Shown: positions 26,693 to 38,248 of the stretch, piece by piece
How the letters are laid out: each line of letters begins with the position of its first letter
Numbering within the stretch: the first letter of the stretch is position 1
Origin: the human T2T-CHM13v2.0 reference genome, Homo sapiens
Assembly: GCF_009914755.1 (NCBI RefSeq)
Contig: NC_060930.1
Reading direction: 5' to 3' (one strand)
DNA length: 64,000 nt
The notes under the pieces: model-generated
Told to the model about the DNA's origin: nothing
Seen by the model: only the letters and a program-made list of their open reading frames with translations
Databases searched by the model: none
Position numbers and translations under genes: made by a program

Positions 26693-28728
26693 ATGTGAAT
26701 TAAGAACTTTGTGACAACTAAATGTATTTTTAGGTCACAAAAAACTCAGTAAATTCCAAAAACTAAAAATCATATAGGCCATATTATCTGATTATGATGT
26801 AACATACCTAAAAAGATAAAACCAAGGGATGGCCAAAAACTTCCATTCATTTGGTAATTAAAATATATCAGTATGATTTTCTGAGTAAGCTGTTAATAAT
26901 TTTACTCAGTCTAGGAGACTCAATAGGTATAAGCAAAGTAGTTCAATGTGAATAATATTAATACTTTCAGAGTCATCCATCCATCAACACTGGGTTAGGA
27001 CCTAATCTGTAGGCACTAGGGATGCAGTGCTGAATAAGACATAGATCCACACATGCAGAGACTACTTGCAGAAACATAACAAGGGAGGGATCAAAAAAGT
27101 AGAGATGGGTAAAAATTAAAGTACCAATACATATATAGTATCTTATTATAAATTTGTTTTCACTGAAGAAATCTTATAGATATTGGCAAAACCCCAAACC
27201 AAATCCCATCAAAAGCAAGGAACCCTAAATAAGGGGAAATAATCACCAGACCTATTTTTAAAGAAATCTCTTTCACAACATACAGTAATTAGAACGATTA
27301 ATTATCCCACAGTTCTATGTAGTACTAGTGGTGATTTGGAAAGAAATGAAAGTGATATTTGGTTTTAAAATCATTTTTTAAGACACAATAGTTACAGAAT
27401 ATATTTTTAAGGTTGTTTGATGTTAAAGACACAATACTCTGGCAAACACCAGACATTTTTCTGCTAAAAATCCACTTTAAAACAACATTTTTAAATCTAA
27501 AAGTATAATTATAATACAGTTATTTAATATAGTTAAATCTATGTGAGAAATACTTTATTTGAAATAGAAATAATCTGGAATGTTATGTCTTAAGCCAAAC
27601 CTTCAAGTCTATACACTATACCTATTTACCTTAAAAGTATTAATTATTGACAATTACAAAAAATTAAAAATTTATAGCTTTCTCCCTATCATTAGCTCGG
27701 ATTAGACAGTATATTTCTATGATGTTTTCCTTCACATAAAATTTAGTTCTGATAAAGTCTCCCTACTTACTAAAAGTAGGTTAATTATTAGTTCATGTTG
27801 TTAAATAAAATAGATTTAAGATTTCTTAGACTTTTATCTTTTCCAAATTTCTCCCAATCATGCCAAGTGTATTATGAATTTAGTGCCTAATATCATCATG
27901 TAAGTTCAGAACCTGAACAAAATCTACATTGCCTTCCAATAGCTTTGGAAGGCACTTCTACATTAGTTACAAATGTTGAAGTGTGATGTGATGTGCCATC
28001 TACTGGGAACATTTGGTAATCACAAGGAACAAATAAAAATAAGAGCTTTGTTTTGTAATAAAAATAACTATGAGCACTGTACTAATACTTCGAAAATATG
28101 AAAAGATTCACACAGACACATCTGTCAAGGAAGCTGAATTCTAGTGAGGCATTTAGATGAAGACAGAATTCACTATAGTAAGTTGTGAAATTATAAGGAA
28201 GATCATCATAAGCGTTAAAACTATGTAAAAAAAGGGAGTGCAAAGAAAACACAGAAAAGGTGTAATTCATTCTGATTCAGTAACTAGGAAACACATCATA
28301 GAAGTGGCATTTGATGGATTCAAAAGAACAGTAAATTTTCCATAGATGGATGGGTGGAGTTACAAAAAAAGAAGGCATTACATAATTTGGCATTTACAAT
28401 CCTTATCTCACAACCAACAACACATTCTGCCTCAAGTTAGATTAGTTTCGTTTTTGAAAGAGGGTCAATGATATTTAAAAGGAAGTAGGGGAAAGATCAA
28501 ATAGTTTTGTGTGGCTGGAACCTCTGGTAGCTGATGAAGATGTAGAAGTTAAAATTAGACAGACAGCGCTTTAATATTAGTAGTCTTTAACGTCCAGCTA
28601 AACAATTTGACCATTTTTCTTAAGATAACAAACAGCAAGTCAGCAAAGGTTTATGGGCAAAGTAGTACAAAACGATATAATTAGAATTTGATTACAATAT
28701 ACAGATGACAATGTGAAGATGAAGTTAT

Positions 28729-28995
28729 TATACATATATAATATATATGATATACACTTATATATTGATACACTATATATTTATATAATAATATATTGCA
28801 TATAATACATAATAAACCTATAATATATAGTTTGATATAGTTTATAACATTTATAGATTTTATATAGAAACTATACTATTTACAATTAATTTATATTTTA
28901 AATAAAAAATTATATATTTATAAACAATTTACAAAATTATTTGTAAACTTTCTAAGGTTATAATGCCTGCTTAAAAATATTATGATATATAATGT
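28729..28995. repeat. AT-rich low-complexity / degenerate (TA)n
   Basis: Almost exclusively A/T with repeated tatata units. Confidence 0.8.
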
Positions 28996-29687
28996 TATAT
29001 CTATGTGTCTTTGTACATACATACAGAAAGGATTAGCACTAAGACTACAATCTGTTTTCTTTTTCTACTGGGGATGCTCAGGAAAGAAAGATGTACTATA
29101 ACAGTAAAATCCCTTGTAATCATGAATGATAGACCTCTTGGAAAATATACTAATGATATTTACTTGGCCTCTAATGTTCTATAGTTGAAGAAAGTCCTTA
29201 TCTTTGCTGGATGGACATGGTCTCTGTAGGTGGCTCACTGCAAATAAATGTGGTGTATGGATTGTAATAGTATGGCTCCTTGAAAAACATCAGTAAGTTA
29301 AGTATCAGGACATAAAATCAAAACATTTCATAATCAAAATAGCTCTCCTTTGTGTAAATCATGCCCTGAATGCTTCTTTTATGAGACCTCATGTATAACA
29401 TGTGGGCCAGAGCACATGCCTTGTAGGAATAATGGACCTAGAGAATAGAGATGATAGTTTCAGACTTCATCATACTTCATCTGTGTCTGACAACTACCTG
29501 GATTTTAAAAATTGCTCTTAAATTGGATTTTAGCTAAAAGCTGGTTTTATAAATCAGCTTTGAAAATTTCAACCCTGTGTGTTTTCTGTATGTGTGTGCA
29601 TATACACATATTTTTAATTTATGTGGTAAAAAGTAAACAAGTCCCAAATATTTCTACAATTTCATTTCTACTGAAGAAATCACTTTT

Positions 29688-30390
29688 TAATTAGGTCCTA
29701 CTTGTCAAATTTTTTTTTTTTTGTTGCAATTGCTATCTCCCACTTTTTAGTTTAATTAGGTCCTACCTGTCAATTTTTGGTTTTGTTACAGTTGCTTTCG
29801 GGGACTTAGCTAAAAATTCTTTGCCAAGGCCAGTGTCAAGAATGGTGTTTCCTAGATTTTCTTGTAGGATTTTTATTGTTTAAGATCTTACATTTAAATC
29901 TTTAATCCATCTTGAGTTAATTTTTGTATATAGTGAAAGGTAAAGGTCCATTTACATTCTTCTGCATATGGCTAACCAGTTATCTCAGCATTATTTATTG
30001 AAGAGGGAGTCCTTTCCCCATTGCTTATTTTTGTCAGCCTTGTTGAAGATCAGATGGTTGTAGGTATGTGGCTTTATTTCTGAGTTTTCTATTCTGTTCC
30101 ATTTGGTCTATGTGTCTGTTTTTGTACCAGTACCATGCTGTTTTGGTTACTGTAGCTTTATAGTATAGTTTGAAGGTGGGTAGTGTGATGTCTCTTTTAT
30201 TGTACTTCTTGCTTAGGATTACTTTGGCTATTTGGGCTCTTTTTTTGGTTCCATATTAATTTTAGAATAGTTTTTCCTAATTCTATGAAGAATGACATCC
30301 AAACTTCAGCATCATGCAATATACCCATGTAACAAACTTGCACATGTACCCCTGAATCTAAAATAATAGTTGAAATTGAAAAAGAAAGAA
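29688..30390. mobile_element. 5'-inverted (twin-primed) L1PB/old L1PA insertion: minus-strand ORF2 piece 29688-30298 plus plus-strand 3' end ~30299-30390
   Basis: Reverse-complement ORF2 joined to the 3' terminus 'atacccatgtaacaaacttgcacatgtacccctgaatctaaaata' and an A-tail; TSD aagaaatcactttt / aagaaaccactctt (12/14). Confidence 0.88.
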
Positions 30391-30459
30391 AAGAAACCAC
30401 TCTTCAACTTGTTGCATATCTTTTCATGCATATGCACCCAATTCTACACCAGCCTAAAA

Positions 30460-30580
30460 TCTAAGTGTAAGCAAGAACTTTGTTTTGTTTATCACTATAT
30501 CTATAGCACTTAGAACTATGTAGCTGGTACATGTGTAAGTGTTTAATAAATGTTCATTAACTGAATGAATGAATGAATAA
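30460..30580 (+). mobile_element. L2 3' end
   Basis: 'taataaatgttcattaactgaatgaatgaatgaat'. Confidence 0.8.
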
Positions 30581-30589
30581 AAACATAAA

Positions 30590-31420
30590 TATACTGCACA
30601 TGTTTTTCTTACACAAATGGGATTGTGCTACACATACAGAACAGCTTGCTTTTTCAGTGAATAATATAACATCTTTTAAGCCCAGTTCACATAAATAAAT
30701 GTGGAATGTATAGATTATTGTGGTATAGCTCCCCGAATGTAAAGAAGAGCACACAGTTCATTCTCACTTTTTTTAAAGGCTGCAAAGCAGCAATTCATTG
30801 CATAAATATACTATAATTCATTAAACAATTTCTTCTATTGTTGAATATTCAAGATATTACTAAAATATTTTGTATTAAAAAAAGAGCTTCAGTGAATACT
30901 GGTATTACTAGATCTTTATAAATTTGTGCTATTATTTCCACAGTTTGATATATAGAAGTGAAAACACAGCGTTGATTTTGCTAGATGCTTTCAAATTCCA
31001 TTTCGTTTTTATTTTTGTTAATGTGATAGAACAGAAATGTCTCATACTGATTCATATTCTTTTTAAGCATCTTTTAAATATTTCTCAATAATTTTTTCTA
31101 CTGTAAAATGTTCCTTCCAGTTGATTATTTTTCTTATAGAAACCTATTAAATATAAATAATATTAACAAGTTGTTTTATGTGTTGCAAATAATTTATTTG
31201 GTCTCACATTTAAAATTTCAGGGGTGTGTCTTACTGATCAGAATTTTAAAATATTTATGCATCCAAATGTGACATAGGTTTCATTTATAACTTCTTGAGC
31301 TTGCATATTGCATAGAACAACAAGATTATTTTTTTAAAAAAAACTCTCCTATGTTTTCTTCATTGAACTGAGAGCTTTGTTTGAAACAATTAAATCATTA
31401 ATCCATCTAGAATTTTATGG
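30590..31420 (-). mobile_element. Degenerate L1ME fragment
   Basis: T-rich with L1 antisense motifs ('attaatccatctagaatt', 'gttgcaaata'). Confidence 0.5.
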
Positions 31421-31539
31421 TGAATTTACAAAATGAAAAACAAACACTTTCGAACTTTTAAAAAATACATTATGTCACTTATTGTACCTACTTCTTTACA
31501 TTTCCACACTTGAATCTGAATCAGAGGTATTTAGAAAAA

Positions 31540-31779
31540 AATATAAAGAATTGATATCTAATTAGATATTGGGATGGAAGAAAGTATTAAGGAAGAGGGA
31601 AAGCCTGACTATGACTCCCAGGGTTTTGGCTTCGGAATCAAGTAGATTATGATATCGTATCTAGGTATATAGGGAAGATGACAAGAGTTCTGACATGTTT
31701 ATGGGCAAAAGATGTTTATGGGATATCAGAGTAGAAATATACAACTGGGTTTGGATATGGCCAGAAGTTATTAGGGAAT

Positions 31780-31811
<32 letters not shown>

Positions 31812-31828
31812 ATTATATATATGACACA

Positions 31829-31859
<31 letters not shown>

Positions 31860-32300
31860 TGCATATACATCATATACATATTATATATACATAATTTAGG
31901 TAAGATGGGCATAGAAGTGTTTTTCCCCAGTAAATATTTAGAATAAAGAGAGAAGATGGCAAGTGACGGAGTCTTAGAGAACATAAACAATAAACATTAC
32001 AAGATTGAGAACAGGGAAGAAGCAAGGAAGGCTGAGAAAGAGTAGCTACAAAAAAACAAAAAAAAAAAACAAAAAAAAACACACAAGTGAAAGTAACCAG
32101 GACAGGGTGGGATCACAGAGTCAAAGAGCAAAGAGTTTCAAGACTGAGGAAACAATGAGTAGTATTAAGCATCAAAAATGAGTAGAATCAAAAGTTAAAA
32201 AAAAAACAGGTTTGAGAACTGGTAACTGGTGATCTTGGTAAAAACATTTTATTACTTATGTTTGAGCAATGACCAGACTGCAGTGGTTTAGTCAAAAGGG
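31540..32300 (-). mobile_element. L2 fragment containing (TA)n/(CA)n simple repeats
   Basis: 'atgactcccagggttttggctt' in a purine-rich L2 body. Confidence 0.6.
31780..31890. repeat. (TA)n / (CA)n compound microsatellite
   Basis: Direct reading. Confidence 0.95.
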
Positions 32301-33448
32301 AAATTGAATTGAGATTAATATTTCCAGACAGTAGGTGGTGGTGAGGGATAGGTTTAAGGAAATTTTTTGGTAAAGACAGAAGGGACTTTGCAATCCTTTT
32401 AAGTCAAAAAGACAGTGCCCACTGAGAGAGAACTTAAAGACATAGGAGAAAGAAAAGGGGTAACTTACAGAGTGAAAGAAATGGGGTCTAAGGCAAGGGG
32501 AGAAAGGACCTCTGAGAAACGAGTAAGGGGTGGAATGAAGGGTATGCTTGTGGTGGGAAGGGCTGGGCATTTTCCTGGTTAGGGAGAGGAGGGAAAAGGA
32601 ATGGAAATTGAGAGAGTTCAAGCACGAGGGACTCTATTTCCATTTCAGTACAAAATACTATTGTATAAGAATACGGCATGACAGGGTGATGAAGAGTGAG
32701 AAAGGAAACTGGTGAAGCTTGAAGAGGGTCACATTAGGGACACAGACGAAAAGCTGCTTAGAAGTTACAGGGTAATCCCAAGGATCCATGTGAATGTAGT
32801 CTAGGAATGTCTACTCTAAATCACAGTCTATGAACGTCTACAGATACTAGTCAGCATCTCCAGCAATATTTCCCACTAGTAATCGGCAGTCTGGCTGGAA
32901 GTACAGACATGGCTCAATTGATTCACTGTTGTAATTTTGTCAGGTGCTCAGGGGATAAGTAAGTTAAAGTTATTAAGAAGATAAGTGATTAGTCATGGAA
33001 TCTTAGCTATTTCAGAAGAAAATAAAGGCAAGAGAATATGAATAAAAGACAATAAATGAGGAATCAAGAAACTAGAGTTCTTGATTAGGTCAAAAAATAA
33101 GTGTTCATCTATTTTCTATATATGTACAATCTACCAGAAAACATCAGTTAAAAACTCATGAATATTCTAAGATATCCTGTCTTTTCATTTAATGAAAAGA
33201 ATGGTTAACAGAAAATATCTTAAGACTCTTGGCATTAGGAATTTACCAATTTTGGTTTGGGCTATTTATGAATAGCCAGTGAGGTCTAAAACTAGGGACA
33301 ACAGGTACATTCCCCCTTTTAAAAATATGAAGATTATGTCAATATTAGATTTAGCTTTGTAACACAGGTCTACAGTGAAAATGCTACATTTTAAGTTGAA
33401 AAACATATTTATCCCTTCAAAATAAGCTTATACATAACTTCCTCTTAC

Positions 33449-33613
33449 CTGCCGTAAAGTACGGGCAACTATGCTTTCTAATACTGGTCCTCTATCTTCA
33501 TGCAGCAAATGAACTTCATCAAGAATAAGGAGCCTTACAATCTGGGAAAGAGCTACATCCCCAACACTCTTTCTTGTCACTACATCCCATTTTTCTGGTG
33601 TGGTCACAAGCAT
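33449..33613 (-). CDS. ASCC3: ASCC3 internal coding exon (165 nt, phase 0/0; probably exon 11): [55 protein letters not shown]
   Basis: Ski2/Brr2-like RecA1 motifs TPEKWD and DEVH. Acceptor TGTGTCTTCTCTTATAG|ATG and donor CAG|GTAAGA on the minus strand. Peptide recognised as ASCC3; exon number is from memory. Confidence 0.97.
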
Positions 33614-34390
33614 CTATAAGAGAAGACACATTTTAAAAGGGGAAAGTTACATAGGTTATTTAACATTGAACTGTGATACTCAGAAAGAAATATTTTGGCC
33701 ACCTCTACATAAATCAAATAAAAAGTGTTTAGAATAGCCTAGAATTACATCTAATTTACTATAGACAATAGTCATTTCAAGAAGAACTCTTTTTAAGCTG
33801 TGATACTAGGCAGTTTAAGCTCACTGAAGGTAATTTGCCAGTGAATTGTAGGGCAAAGTGTACAAAATACACACGGTTTTTTAAAAAGTATCTTACAATG
33901 TAAAAAAAAAAAAAACAGTAAGAACACTATTTTTTAAAGTAGCATATACTGATAATGGTCTTTATTTGAAAAGGGACTAAAAAATGATGAAAGCATTAAA
34001 AGGAAAGAAAGAAAAATCAACAATTCACTCTACCGATAATCTACTTTGGATGACAGATTAAAAATAACCCAAGATATAGTATCATAAATATACCCAGAGA
34101 TCACTTACTAACAATGCTTTTCATTGAAAAACATGCCCATATGTTGTAAAACAAAAAGACACCATAATTCTCCTAAATTTTAAATTAATGGCACGTTAAA
34201 ATATAAAACTAGCTTGTTATTAGTAAATATTAGGAGAGGTACAAAGTAGATTATTAAATTACAATAATAAATACAAACGTGGCCATCTACCTCACCACCA
34301 ACTTAGAACAGTATGCCAGCCCTTTCTTATTAATTTGCAGAGAAAAAATGTGGTAACAAATTATAAAATCAAAATTTTCAGATATCAGAA

Positions 34391-34528
34391 AGCATCCCTA
34401 ATTTGAAAATCCAAAATCCAAATGCTCCAATGAGTATTTTCTTGGAGCATCATGTCAGCACTCAGAAAGTTCTAGATTCTGAAGCATTTTGGATTTCAGA
34501 TTTTCAAATTAGAGATGCTCAACCTGTA
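34391..34528. mobile_element. Tigger4a/MER46-type palindromic MITE
   Basis: agcatccctaatttgaaaatccaaaatccaaatgctcca ... gcattttggatttcagattttcaaattagagatgct form inverted arms; ends caacctgta. Confidence 0.85.
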
Positions 34529-35559
34529 CCACCAAATCTTAAAATCCTTTCTAGTATTTTGTTTTCTATGCTTTAATTTCAGCACAGTAAGAAGTGGCTT
34601 CATTTATAATACTATTTTACTACTTCAGTTCCCTGAACTAAAATGGCTAGAAAATAAAGTGTCACATTTGCTTAATGATTTGGAACTCATGCAAGACATT
34701 TCCATCTGCTCTTGCATTAGGGCCTGGGTTAACTGTCAATACTTTTACTGTCAACTTAAATTTCTCTCAGTACATGTACTTAATCCCTTGGCAGTATAAA
34801 AATCAGTATTCTAAACTGTTCCAACTTTAGCCTGTCCACTGGGAAAATGGCATAGTTGAGATGCTTATAAACCACGATTATGCCAAACATTTGGTGTATT
34901 TAATTTTTAAATGCTCATTAATTTGACAGCAAAACCAAAGGACCTAAGACTTGCCAGAACCAATTCATCTTAAACGTTATTATTAAAAACTTTCCTTACA
35001 GCTGTATATAGTAAAATTACACTATTTTGTTTTCTACAATTGTTTAATGACTACTCCATTATTGTTTATCCTAGGTAAAGTGTATTCCTCCTTGAGGAGG
35101 GGAAGAGAAGAGAAAAACACAGTAAAAATTTTAATCTAAACTTTTAATGATTTGCATAATCTACTAATTGAATACTACAACAAGCCCTATATCAAACATA
35201 CCAGAGATAGTGCTTCACTGAATGAAGAACGTCACGCCCAAATCCGCGTATTCACAGACTTGTCCCAAAAGGAATTTTTTGAATTTTGAACTAAAGAATT
35301 ATGAGAGAGATCATAAAATCTCTCGTGTAATAAAGCCTCCGAGAGGAATGAGTTTGTGCATTTTACATTTGGTTCTTTTTTCCCCCACAAATTACTAGAT
35401 TGAATTAATCTAATGCTCCTTGAGAAACAGAAAATGCAAAGATTCAAGAAGGAACTTTCACTGTATCAGCCAGGCAGCAATTACAGGCAGATGACCAGCT
35501 CCAGTGTTAGATCCCAGAGCTATGCAGCTATGGATCTGAACTTTCTGTTCTGGGTTTGT

Positions 35560-35592
<33 letters not shown>
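35560..35592. repeat. (AAC)11 microsatellite
   Basis: Perfect repeat. Confidence 0.98.
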
Positions 35593-35594
<2 letters not shown>

Positions 35595-36189
35595 AGGGTC
35601 TAAATATGTTTTATTCATATTTTTACTCTACAAATAGTTATTAGAGACAAAGATTAAAAATGACTAATGTTATTAACGTGGCTTCACAAAGAACTGAGCC
35701 AGAATGAAGAGAAATAAATCAAAATAGTGGTTTGGAGGGGGAGGGGGGCCAGACAGAAAAGTGGCAGTAGGGATCATTCTAAGGAGAAAAAAATTTTCTA
35801 TACCTGCTTAAGAGTGTGGCTTACACATTTGCCAAAACACAGTGTATCTCTTCTATTTGGCTGTAAGTCAAAGAAAGTCTAAAAATAACTTTTTCTTCCC
35901 TAAAGATAAACATCTGCAAATATAACATTATTCTCTATGTGTCAAAAGTAACAATCAAATTGTCTAAGTAGACATAACAAATGCAATATGTGAGCTTGGG
36001 AATAAACATTAAGGTGCACATATAAATGTAACTATAGTATATAATTATGCTATAGTGCTTAATATGCAGTTAACACATGAGCCAAACAATTAATTGAAAA
36101 TAATGAATATATATTTTTTCATATTTAATAAAAAAACACAAAAAAGAAGGGGGGAATGATAAAGAGAGAGTGAGAGACAGATAGACAGA

Positions 36190-36650
36190 GAGAAGTGACA
36201 TCACTATACAACTACCATAAAAGTTAGAATGAATGATAGAAAATAACAGAGGATATGTTTACAGAGGATGTAGAGCAACTAGAACTCTCCTAAAGTAACG
36301 GTGGAATATAAACTTATAAAACCACTTTGAAAAACTGCTTGGTAACATCTAGTAAAGCTGAAATATGCATGCGTTGTGACCCGGCAATTCCATTTCCTAA
36401 TATACTATATACCCAACAGAAACACACATATATGTGCACCCAAAGACATGTATAAGAATTTTTATTGCTGTATAATTTATAATACTCCAAAATCAAAAAC
36501 AAACCAAATGTCCATCAACAATAACATGGATAAATAATAAGTAATATATTTATACAGTGGGATAAAATACATGCTATACAATAAAAATAAATAAACTATT
36601 AAACTACGTGCAACAGCATGGAAAAAAATTCATAATATTAAGTATAATCA
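36190..36650 (+). mobile_element. L1ME 3' fragment
   Basis: 'gaggatgtagagcaactagaactctc', 'gacccggcaattccatttccta', 'ccaaatgtccatcaaca'. Confidence 0.8.
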
Positions 36651-36759
36651 CTTTTTACCTTCTCCTTTCCCACTCTCTCCTTTGCCAAGGAGTCTCTTCC
36701 CAAAAATGAAAGCATCCATAGCTGCGGATGGCCTATGATTAATCTCATATTCCATGTTT

Positions 36760-37340
36760 ATGGGGGCATATGTTAGCATTTAGGGAAGAAAGCGCACTTG
36801 GTGATAGCACGAATACATCAGAAAAAGTCATGCCAATTCAACCTCATTTTCACATCGGATAAAGTCAACAAGAAGGCAGTGAAGAGAAAGCACTAGACAC
36901 AGTATATACATAGTTTTCTGTATATACTGAAACTTTTGACAAAGTTTGCCCATGATATATTTATGACTAAGACAAATCAGGGAAGGCTGATAATACAACT
37001 ATGGATGTCTGAACAATCTCACTGAAAGACTGGTACTTTAACAACAAGAGCAAAAAGTAAATCAAAATCAAAATAGCCATTATTTTAGAATGAAGGAGCT
37101 AGTGTGAGGGGGTAAATAAGAGAGGGAGAGGACTAGAGAAATTAAGAGGAAGAGAAAGAGATAAGGAGGGAGAGAGAATATGTGTGTGAACAGAGAAAAA
37201 TGGCAGAGAGAATGTGTGTGTGAACAGAGAAGGCATTTTATGGAAAGATTTCAACTTCTTGAACAAACTTCTAGAAGAAGATCTCGAACAAAGATTTGAC
37301 AAAGCAAATGTGTATTGGAAGCTATGCTTCAGTTTTTCTT
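36760..37340 (+). mobile_element. CR1/L3 reverse-transcriptase-region relic with an internal GA-rich insert
   Basis: 'aagtcatgccaattcaacctcattttc' and 'cttttgacaaagtttgcccatgatata'; 27-bp unit duplicated at 37171-37197 and 37205-37231. Confidence 0.55.
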
Positions 37341-37931
37341 TAGTGAAGAACAACTAGCTAGGTAACGATGCACCTCAATCCTTAAAACCTTCCAATTTTA
37401 ATTGTTTCATTATACATAAAATGGAGTCCTAAGGTTTTATTTTTTACTATTGAGAATATATATCTGGCTTAAGACACAAAAATGTATGTGATGCATAAAA
37501 GTAGCCTGTTGTATGTTTAACTCATCTTGTTATATCTGATGGGAAGTTATACAAGTCATATTGATATCATATTGAATTTTAAATAATTTATCATTTTGAC
37601 TATTGGAACAGTTTGTTACTTTGAAGCATATGGCTAAAAAGTAGATTTAAAGTTTTGAATCAAAAGGAATACACAAATTTTAAAGATAAAAGTATAATTT
37701 CTTGTCTTTATAACATTTAAAATTGATTTTGAAATTTTTAGTACTTAGACTGTAGAAAACCGGGAGCAAACTGTGTAATCACATATGTGACTTTTTTAAA
37801 ACCAGAATGATAAAATATCAAAACATAGCCACTAAAATACAATAGTATATTATATATCATCAAATCTCAGGAGCCATTGATTCCAGCTATACCATATTTT
37901 ATTGTCACTAAGAAGGTGAAAAAATACCACT

Positions 37932-38248
37932 GGGCTGTGTGCAGTGGCTCACACCTATAATCCCAGCACTTTGGGAGGCCAAAGTGGGAAGATGACTTGA
38001 GGTCAGGAGTTTGACACCAGCCTGTGCAGTATGCTGAGACCTCGCCTCCAGAAAAAAAAAAAATTAACTGGATGTGGTTGCACACGCCTGTAGTCTTACA
38101 GGGGGCTGAAGTGGGAGGATTGCTTGAGCCCAGGAGTTCCAGGCTGCGCTGAGCTGTGATCATGCCACTGCACTCCAGCCTGGGAGACAGGGCAAGACTC
38201 CATCTCTGAAAACAAAACAAAACAAAACAAAACAAAACAAAACAAAAC
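37932..38248 (+). mobile_element. AluJ with (AAAAC)n tail
   Basis: 'ggattgcttgagcccaggagttccaggctgc'; TSD-like aaataccact / aaatgccact. Confidence 0.92.

Noticed and set aside
31661-32082. Ile/Tyr-rich ORFs
   Set aside because: Artefacts of (TA)n/(CA)n repeats.
35413-35637. ORF with a poly-Asn run
   Set aside because: Translation of the (AAC)11 microsatellite.
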